Sequence record: PV740454.1
Reading direction: 5' to 3' (one strand)
Length of the DNA: 64,000 nt
Of this stretch, positions 57,643 to 64,000 are shown one piece after another (position 1 is the stretch's first letter; each line of letters starts with the position of its first letter). The notes under the pieces were generated by a model. It was not told the origin of the DNA. It worked only from the letters and a program-made list of their open reading frames with translations, and did not search any database. The position numbers were made by a program, and so were the translations under genes.

Positions 57643-58250
57643 TGTGCGGTTTATTTGCTGCTAGAAGCAAGCAAGAGCTTATTGAATTATCAAAAAGCAA
57701 TCTACATCGTGGTTCGCGTACTCACTCTGTGAGTACGTTTAAAAACGGTCATGTGTCAGTGCATAAATTCACTGGTGCATTCGATCCAGTTAATGTTCCT
57801 GACAGTGCAGATTTCTATATCTGTCACGTACAAGCACCAACTGGAACTAGTGCGCAAGCACACCCAGCTATTGTAACAGTCGAAGAGAACGGTCAGTTAC
57901 ACGACTCACACGTGTGGCATAATGGTATTCTCAAAGATCATTACATGAAAAAGCAGACTCAAGATTGGGATACTGCACACATTGCTGAAGCTATTTGCTA
58001 TGGCAAATTGAATGAGCTTGACGGTACATTCGCGTGTTTTCACTTCATCAACGGCAATTTACGTGTGTTTCGTAATGAAATCAGCCCGTTGTTCATGAAC
58101 GAAGACGGTACAGCATTCAGTAGCACTAAGACGATTCTAACACCGTATCATGTTGATGCGAATAAAGTGTTTAATATCGACTTACGAACATTTAAACTAT
58201 CGGTAGTGAGTGAGTTCAAGACACTCGAAAATCCATATTTCTTTTTGTAA
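57642..58250 (+). CDS. Class II (Ntn) glutamine amidotransferase
   Basis: MCGLF (Cys2 nucleophile); HRG; CHVQAPT; HP; WHNGIL; GTFA; TAATG coupling to queC. Confidence 0.85.
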   Translation: MCGLFAARSKQELIELSKSNLHRGSRTHSVSTFKNGHVSVHKFTGAFDPVNVPDSADFYICHVQAPTGTSAQAHPAIVTVEENGQLHDSHVWHNGILKDHYMKKQTQDWDTAHIAEAICYGKLNELDGTFACFHFINGNLRVFRNEISPLFMNEDGTAFSSTKTILTPYHVDANKVFNIDLRTFKLSVVSEFKTLENPYFFL

Positions 58251-58259
58251 GGTAACATC

Positions 58260-58535
58260 ATGATTGAAGTGAACATCGACGACTTGCTGAAAAACGGCAA
58301 AGTCACATTTGAATTTGAAAAAGCAGATGGTTCTGTTAAGACTGTAACTGGTACTCGCAATCTTGACTTCATCCCTGCTGAGTTTCATCCGAAAGACAAG
58401 CCTTTAGCTGAAGGCGAAGCGCCGAAAGAAAAGACTGAAAAGCAGAAAGCTACTTGTGGCTACTTCGACTTAGAAGCTAACGGTTGGCGCTCGTTCAAGC
58501 GTGCTAATCTACGTGAAGTGAAATCGTTTGTATAA
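58260..58535 (+). CDS. WYL/SH3-like beta-barrel protein (DUF2693-like)
   Basis: VTFEFEKADGSVKTVTGT...YFDLEANGWRSFK. Confidence 0.75.
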   Translation: MIEVNIDDLLKNGKVTFEFEKADGSVKTVTGTRNLDFIPAEFHPKDKPLAEGEAPKEKTEKQKATCGYFDLEANGWRSFKRANLREVKSFV

Positions 58536-58737
58536 CGATCCTTTTGCTGAGCTATTGCGCGTTGGACAGTGGATTGTTCACAAGAAGACTGGCAATGTGT
58601 ATACAGTAATGGGTAAAGGCAAACTCAAGTTCGACGGTAAATGGTACGATGCTGTCACTTACTCGAACGAACTAGGCGACGTATACACAAGAACATACGA
58701 CGACTTCCGCGGGTTTGAACTAAATTGTCCGCACTGA
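58528..58737 (+). CDS. DUF1653-like small protein
   Basis: HKKTGNVYTV...VTY...VYTRTYDDF. Confidence 0.6.
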   Translation: MYNDPFAELLRVGQWIVHKKTGNVYTVMGKGKLKFDGKWYDAVTYSNELGDVYTRTYDDFRGFELNCPH

Positions 58738-58831
58738 GAGACATGTCGCAGTGCGCTGATAAAACAGCGATCAACAAATAGGAGTGATGGGCCCTAACTC
58801 ATCATTTATCAACTTTCGTGAGACATAGATA

Positions 58832-59038
58832 ATGGCTACAGACAAAGAATTACTCGATGACGTAAACAACTACTGGATTGGTTGGGATCAACGTGGTCCC
58901 GAGAGTCGTGATTACGACATCGAACATGGTAATATGCGCAAGAAATGTCGTGAGTTTGAAGAACGTAAGAAAGAAACAGACGCACGAATTGCAGCATTTG
59001 AAGAAGCACGAAACAAATATAAAAGGCAAGAACAATGA
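58832..59038 (+). CDS. Hypothetical protein
   Basis: 68 aa ORF coupled to gp31. Confidence 0.55.
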   Translation: MATDKELLDDVNNYWIGWDQRGPESRDYDIEHGNMRKKCREFEERKKETDARIAAFEEARNKYKRQEQ

Positions 59039-59367
59039 CACTTAAAGCATACGCACTAGGCGAACAAATCATCATCGACACTAAAGCGATCAAAGAAGGC
59101 GAAGAAATCAAATCTAGTGGCGGCATCGTTCTTGGACGAGCTACACAAGGTGAAGTTCCGTTATTCGGCATTGTGATTTCTGTCGGGGAAGACGTTGATC
59201 AAGACGTTATTCAAGTCGGTGACAAAGTTCTGTTGCCTCAAGGCAACATCAAAAACGTACCTGACCCTCGTATTATCTCAGGTGAAATGAAACAAGATGA
59301 CGCAGACCGCGCACTGTGGGTTCACACTCACTACAAAAACGTAGCTGCTGTTTATCGTGAGGAATAA
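59035..59367 (+). CDS. 31: Co-chaperonin for capsid folding (GroES-like)
   Basis: ALGEQII...EIKSSGGIVLG...GIVISVGEDV...VGDKV. Confidence 0.88.
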   Translation: MTLKAYALGEQIIIDTKAIKEGEEIKSSGGIVLGRATQGEVPLFGIVISVGEDVDQDVIQVGDKVLLPQGNIKNVPDPRIISGEMKQDDADRALWVHTHYKNVAAVYREE

Positions 59368-59371
59368 GTCA

Positions 59372-59761
59372 ATGAATGACAATTTGCGAATGATTGAAGT
59401 GTCTGCTGTAGGTTACTACAGCAACGCTACTGCTGCACACACGTGTTGGGTAACTGAAGAGTTCGTCGAGAAGTATAAAGACGACATCAAAGCATTTGAT
59501 TTTTACTTCAGCGATCTAGATGGTAAGCATTCTGAAACACATGCTGAAGTGAACATCCTTGAACATTCAAAAGAAATGGCACTTGCTTGGAGCGAGTCTC
59601 AAGGTGAATGTTGGGCAATCACAGAATGCATGTTTGATGAATTCGAATTCGATTCTGCTGACATTGAAGAAATGATCGCGTTGAACGAAGACATGAACAA
59701 CACGATTGAAGTCAAGACACAAACAATAATCACAATCGGAACTGAAACTATCGTTGTATAA
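59372..59761 (+). CDS. Hypothetical acidic protein
   Basis: GAGG RBS; 129 aa. Confidence 0.65.
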   Translation: MNDNLRMIEVSAVGYYSNATAAHTCWVTEEFVEKYKDDIKAFDFYFSDLDGKHSETHAEVNILEHSKEMALAWSESQGECWAITECMFDEFEFDSADIEEMIALNEDMNNTIEVKTQTIITIGTETIVV

Positions 59762-59790
59762 TCAAACGAAAAGTGAAAGCATAGTTACAC

Positions 59791-59817
59791 AAAAGGGAGC
59801 AAATTGCTCCCTTTTTT
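59791..59817. terminator. Bidirectional terminator
   Basis: AAAAGGGAGC-AAATT-GCTCCCT6; same stem as 13962..13991. Confidence 0.85.
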
Positions 59818-60322
59818 ATTCCTCTTCCTCATAACCATACTTGTTGCTTCTGAAGTCACAACGTGGGTTATTCAAGAAACTCTTTCTGTAAATCTTTTCC
59901 AAATCACTCTTCTTAGCACCATCTGGATATTTCAATCCAAGACTATCTAAATGATCTTTCTGCTCTTGCAGTTTCAATCGACTGAAGATCTTAGTTTGGT
60001 CTTTTGGATGCTGTGGATGATAGTCATTATCTGAATAATCAGCACTTAGATACTCAACTAGATTGGTAAGCCACTCAAGATAATCGATACCTTTACCTTT
60101 CAGCCCAGAGCGCGTGAACTTATGAATCAAAACACCCTCGTAAGTGTTACATGCTCGGCACAGAACACCGCGTATATGACCTGATTCGTGGTCGTGGTCA
60201 GTATGTGGTGTGCTTTTCTCTTCGCTTAGCTTAGTACCGCACAGAACGCATTTATCAAGCTGACTCATGATTAATTCATTGCGACATTCGGTAAGGTCTG
60301 ATTGTTTTAATTGTTTGCTCAT
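59816..60322 (-). CDS. 49: Recombination endonuclease VII (Holliday junction resolvase)
   Basis: CVLC...DHDHESGHIRGVLCRACNTYEG; YHPQH; HEH-like tail. Confidence 0.92.
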   Translation of the reverse strand: MSKQLKQSDLTECRNELIMSQLDKCVLCGTKLSEEKSTPHTDHDHESGHIRGVLCRACNTYEGVLIHKFTRSGLKGKGIDYLEWLTNLVEYLSADYSDNDYHPQHPKDQTKIFSRLKLQEQKDHLDSLGLKYPDGAKKSDLEKIYRKSFLNNPRCDFRSNKYGYEEEE

Positions 60323-60398
60323 CTTTTTCTCAAAAAGTTATTGACTATGCTATTGTTTATATGTACAATACGAAAGCAATTTCTAATAAGGAAATAAC

Positions 60399-60653
60399 AT
60401 GAACGCAAGACAACTAAGAAAACGACTTGAAGATCTAGCATTATGTGAATTTAGCCCAGTCGAAGTTCGATACTTCGAAAGTGGTGCTGAATCGTATAAG
60501 TCAAAAGACTTTAAGTTTGAAGTAAATCCAGACGTATCAATCGTATTGATGTCTGATTCTGAAGGTCGTGTTGCATACACAGATTCAGAAATTGAAAATG
60601 TAATCGCGAGTCTAGAAAAAGACGCGCACGTTGAAAGATTTTTAGGCATTTAA
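60399..60653 (+). CDS. Hypothetical protein
   Basis: Promoter TTGACT(60341)-N17-TACAAT(60364); AGGA RBS. Confidence 0.65.
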   Translation: MNARQLRKRLEDLALCEFSPVEVRYFESGAESYKSKDFKFEVNPDVSIVLMSDSEGRVAYTDSEIENVIASLEKDAHVERFLGI

Positions 60654-60662
60654 GGTAACATT

Positions 60663-61646
60663 ATGAGCTTTGTGAAATACACATCATTAGAAAACAGCTA
60701 CCGTCAAGCATTCGTAGACAAATGTGATATGCTTGGCGTTCGTGATTGGGTCGCACTTGAGAAAATTCACGGTGCGAACTTCAGCTTCATCGTTGAATTC
60801 GACGGTGGGTACACTGTAACGCCCGCTAAGCGCACTTCTATCATCGGCGCTACTGCTACTGGAGATTACGACTTCTACGGCTGTACGAGCGTTGTAGAAG
60901 CTCACAAAGCGAAAGTAGAATCAGTCGCAAACTTCTTGTGGATGAATGAGCACATCAATTTGTATGAGCCGATCATCATCTATGGTGAGCTTGCAGGCAA
61001 AGGCATTCAGAAAGAAGTCAACTATGGTGATAAAGATTTCTGGGCGTTTGACATCTTCTTACCACAACGTGAAGAGTTCGTCGATTGGGATACGTGTGTT
61101 GCAGCATTCACAAACGCTGAGATCAAATACACGAAAGAACTTGGTCGTGGCACACTCGATGAGTTGCTTCGCATCGATCCCCTGTTTAAGAGCTTACACA
61201 CGCCCGCAGAGCACGAAGGCGATAACGTAGCAGAAGGGTTCGTTGTTAAGCAATTACACTCTGAGAAACGCTTACAGAGCGGTTCACGTGCGATTTTGAA
61301 AGTCAAGAACGAGAAGTTCAAAGAGAAGAAGAAGAAAGAAGGTAAAACTCCTACTAAACTCGTTCTAACTCCAGAACAAGAGAAGCTTCACGCTGAGTTT
61401 AGCTGCTACTTGACAGAAAACCGTTTGAAAAACGTACTAAGTAAGTTAGGTACTGTGAATCAGAAACAGTTTGGCATGATTAGCGGGCTATTTGTCAAAG
61501 ACGCCAAAGATGAGTTTGAGCGTGACGAACTCAACGAAGTAGCGATTGATCGTGACGATTGGAACGCAATCAGACGTTCATTAACGAATATCGCCAACGA
61601 AATCTTACGCAAGAATTGGTTGAATATTCTCGATGGGAACTTCTAA
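60663..61646 (+). CDS. rnlB: RNA ligase 2
   Basis: YTSLEN; EKIHGANFS; YGELAG; FDI; AEGFVVK; ILKVKNEKFKE. Confidence 0.96.
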   Translation: MSFVKYTSLENSYRQAFVDKCDMLGVRDWVALEKIHGANFSFIVEFDGGYTVTPAKRTSIIGATATGDYDFYGCTSVVEAHKAKVESVANFLWMNEHINLYEPIIIYGELAGKGIQKEVNYGDKDFWAFDIFLPQREEFVDWDTCVAAFTNAEIKYTKELGRGTLDELLRIDPLFKSLHTPAEHEGDNVAEGFVVKQLHSEKRLQSGSRAILKVKNEKFKEKKKKEGKTPTKLVLTPEQEKLHAEFSCYLTENRLKNVLSKLGTVNQKQFGMISGLFVKDAKDEFERDELNEVAIDRDDWNAIRRSLTNIANEILRKNWLNILDGNF

Positions 61647-61649
61647 CAA

Positions 61650-61844
61650 TTGAAAAAACGTGCTTGGTTCTTTGTTTTTTGTGGGATTGGGGCAATAAGC
61701 TACTTCGGTGGCTTATTTGTCGCGTCATTACTCATATTCGAATCCGTTGAAGCATCTATATTATTCATCATTCTAGTGTTTTTAGCTCTATTAAATACAG
61801 TCAGAGCAGGCATCGAAGATGATGAAAATAACAAAGCTCCTTAG
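61650..61844 (+). CDS. Hypothetical two-TM membrane protein
   Basis: Hydrophobic; TTG start. Confidence 0.45.
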   Translation: MKKRAWFFVFCGIGAISYFGGLFVASLLIFESVEASILFIILVFLALLNTVRAGIEDDENNKAP

Positions 61845-61869
61845 GGAGCTTTTTTTATGGGTGAACGAA

Positions 61870-62409
61870 ATGGCATTTTTAAAGAAAGAATTAGACACGA
61901 AAGACATCACAGAAGCAGACATGCAGTACGCAATAGCAGTGCAAAGCGTGTGGATTCACAAGCGATACACGGCAGTTATACCTAACTGCTATACTAAATG
62001 GGATAACGAAGCAGACTTGTTTGCTATTAGACCAAGTGGGTTGTGTGATGAGATTGAAATCAAGGTGTCTAAAGCTGATTTTCGCATTGACGAACAGAAG
62101 TCTGTCAAGGTGATTGATGAAAGTACACCAAATCTTCGGTGGCATCGTTATGAAGACGTTCCAAAACGCACAGCATTACAAGATGGGAAGATGAGCAACT
62201 ACTTTTGGTATGCATTCCCTAAGGGTCTTGTAGACCATGCTGAAGTTCCAGAATGGGCAGGTATCATCGAAGTCGATGGTTTCTTAAATGCAAGAGAAGT
62301 TAGAATGCCAAAGAGACTGCATGGTGGCAAAATGACAATCGAAGAGCAGTTAAAACAAATCAAGAAACTAGGTTACAGATTTTGGAATCTGGTTAAAAAG
62401 AACCGTTAA
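61870..62409 (+). CDS. MmcB-like PD-(D/E)XK nuclease-fold protein
   Basis: EADLFAI...EIEIKVSKADF...NYFWYAFP...WAGII. Confidence 0.7.
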   Translation: MAFLKKELDTKDITEADMQYAIAVQSVWIHKRYTAVIPNCYTKWDNEADLFAIRPSGLCDEIEIKVSKADFRIDEQKSVKVIDESTPNLRWHRYEDVPKRTALQDGKMSNYFWYAFPKGLVDHAEVPEWAGIIEVDGFLNAREVRMPKRLHGGKMTIEEQLKQIKKLGYRFWNLVKKNR

Positions 62410-62422
62410 CAAGGAAACAACA

Positions 62423-62731
62423 ATGAAAACATTCAATGAATTTTTAGCAGAAGCACAACACATGTATGAGCTACCACCTGGGTATGAAGTATTCGGTCTG
62501 GTGGATGTAGATGGGAAAGAGGTTGAACTGCACTCAGACGATGTGATGCGTGACGAATTAACAAAAATTGCAAACGCACGTAACGTAGCTATCGCAACTG
62601 GTGGTGTTTCTTCAGAAGAAGCAGGTGTATTGATCACTAAAGGCGGCAAAGAAATTGATTACTTCCCACATGAAGATAAAGCTAGTGGCCCACGCTTTAA
62701 AAACTTCGTGAAACGTCACTTCAAGGTCTAA
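62423..62731 (+). CDS. Probable internal head protein
   Basis: MKTFNEFLAE closely matches the T4 IP capsid-targeting sequence MKTYQEFIAE. Confidence 0.7.
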   Translation: MKTFNEFLAEAQHMYELPPGYEVFGLVDVDGKEVELHSDDVMRDELTKIANARNVAIATGGVSSEEAGVLITKGGKEIDYFPHEDKASGPRFKNFVKRHFKV

Positions 62732-62746
62732 TCAGAAACGGATAAG

Positions 62747-62821
62747 GCGGAAAAATTCCGTCTCATCTTAGTAGTATTAGTAGTTTTAGTGAAGTTAGAG
62801 ATATTAGAAGTATTAGGAGAT
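62747..62821. repeat. Palindrome plus six 9-bp TTAG iterons (copy 2)
   Basis: GCGGAA-AAA-TTCCG, then TTAG at 62768, 62777, 62786, 62795, 62804, 62813; near-identical to 17280 copy. Confidence 0.85.
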
Positions 62822-62843
62822 TGAAAATAACTTGAAAAAGTTG

Positions 62844-62872
62844 TTGACAGTCTCCTTTTTTGATCATACTAT
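62844..62872 (+). promoter_or_regulatory. Sigma70-type early promoter
   Basis: TTGACA-N17-TACTAT, followed by ATCGAAAC. Confidence 0.75.
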
Positions 62873-62896
62873 ACAGTTATCGAAACAAACTATTGA

Positions 62897-63430
62897 GTGA
62901 AGATTATGAACTTGCGTGAACGTGAAGAAGAGCTAAAAGCACTATCAGTACATCCAGATGACGTTGAAATTGCTGTCACTGTATCGTGTGCTGGTATGAG
63001 CAATCACTACACTGTCTGTCCTTTCGAGTTCAAAGACTTTTTAGACGAACATGAAGGTACATCCTATATAGCATTTGAATGGCACAATTTCCCAAATGAT
63101 TTGCAAGACGAAGAACTAGACTTCGATGAGTTAGATGCATTGTTCAGCCTCGAAGATAGTCAGCGTGAAATCTGCGAACTGTTATATGATAATAGAGTTT
63201 GTATGTCTTATGAAGACGCTGCTGAGAAAGTCGAAGACTGTTGGGTGTTCGAAGGCACGAAAGAAGAATACGCAGAGCATGTAACATCAGAGCTAATGGG
63301 AATTCGAAGTGAAGATATCCCTGCAATCTTACGCAGCAACATCAATTGGGGTGATGTATTCATCGATTTAGATGCTGACGGTAGCATCTTTGAATTATCA
63401 CGAAACAGATACTTAACAGTGAATCAATAA
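62897..63430 (+). CDS. ArdA-like antirestriction protein
   Basis: Very acidic; WHNFP; EEYAEHV...IPAILRSNINWGDVFIDLDADG resembles the ArdA C-terminal domain. Confidence 0.65.
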   Translation: MKIMNLREREEELKALSVHPDDVEIAVTVSCAGMSNHYTVCPFEFKDFLDEHEGTSYIAFEWHNFPNDLQDEELDFDELDALFSLEDSQREICELLYDNRVCMSYEDAAEKVEDCWVFEGTKEEYAEHVTSELMGIRSEDIPAILRSNINWGDVFIDLDADGSIFELSRNRYLTVNQ

Positions 63431-63431
63431 T

Positions 63432-64000
63432 ATGAGTAGTACTAAAGGTAACGTCAACAAAGACGATTACTATGCTACACCATCTTGGATTGTTGAAGAG
63501 TTTCTACGCGAGTTTGAAGCTCGTATTCAACTCGATATGAGCATGGCAGAAATGTACGTGCTCGATCCATCGTGTGGTGGCTGTTCAGAACATGAAGCAG
63601 CGTATCCAGTAGCATACAAGAAAATGTATGGTGTTGACATCGACACGATGGATATTCGTGAAGATAGTCACGCTAATCTAATAGCGAATTATCTAGAAAC
63701 AGATATCCCGGTCAAGTATTATGACATGATCATGACGAATCCGCCATTCAGCTTGTCTGTTGACTTTGCTGAGAAAGCACTTGCTGAGGTGAAATATGGT
63801 GGTTATGTTGTGATGTTGCAGCGTCTGAATTGGCTTGGTAGCATTAAGCGCAAACCGTTCTGGGACAAGATGCCACTAAAAGCTGTGCTTGTGCATCATC
63901 GTCGTCCGTCGTTTCACGGTACAAAAGGTACAGACTCGATTGAGTATGCTCATTTTGTGTTTCAGAAAGGGTACAATCAGTCTGCTAAATTGGTGGTGAT
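63432..64000 (+). CDS. DNA N6-adenine (amino) methyltransferase, partial (runs off window)
   Basis: Translated by hand: DDYYATPSW...VLDPSCGG...MIMTNPPF...LQRLNWLGS..R. Confidence 0.85.
   Translation, partial: MSSTKGNVNKDDYYATPSWIVEEFLREFEARIQLDMSMAEMYVLDPSCGGCSEHEAAYPVAYKKMYGVDIDTMDIREDSHANLIANYLETDIPVKYYDMIMTNPPFSLSVDFAEKALAEVKYGGYVVMLQRLNWLGSIKRKPFWDKMPLKAVLVHHRRPSFHGTKGTDSIEYAHFVFQKGYNQSAKLVV

Noticed and set aside
1-64000. tRNA/rRNA genes, CRISPR arrays, integrase or IS elements
   Set aside because: No T-loop/cloverleaf, no repeat-spacer array with unique spacers, and no recombinase or transposase motifs seen by eye; tRNAscan was not run

Overview
A 64 kb segment of a lytic T4-superfamily (Straboviridae-like) myophage genome. 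From my recollection of protein sizes and of the Rnl1/Rnl2 sequences, it is most reminiscent of large KVP40-like vibriophages (inference, not a database result). The window is densely coding and almost entirely on the + strand. Core genes: end of thymidylate synthase, fused topoisomerase gp39+60, ligase gp30, capsid vertex gp24, late sigma gp55, gp47/gp46, gp45/44/62, regA, polymerase gp43, Rnl1, spanins, PNK, co-chaperonin gp31, EndoVII gp49 and Rnl2. Accessory content: (i) a 7-deazaguanine cluster (tandem QueD, ArcS/DUF5591-like, FolE, TGT-fold DpdA-like, QueC, stand-alone Ntn glutamine amidotransferase; no QueE seen in the window); (ii) about ten dispersed genes whose N-termini resemble the T4 internal-protein capsid-targeting sequence, several behind late-promoter-like TAAATA motifs - they include a four-member paralogous family with variable C-termini, an Alt-like ADP-ribosyltransferase, a SAM methyltransferase and a zincin; (iii) NAD/ADP-ribose enzymes (Sir2, NADAR, macrodomain); (iv) a signal-peptide metalloprotease; (v) ArdA-like and N6-adenine methyltransferase genes; (vi) non-coding elements: two copies of a palindrome plus six TTAG at exact 9-bp spacing, repeated terminator-promoter cassettes with an identical 52-bp leader, a TGTTTAA-N17 promoter class and a long hairpin before queD. 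No tRNA, rRNA, CRISPR array, integrase, intron or intein was recognised. All family assignments come from motif recognition by eye.
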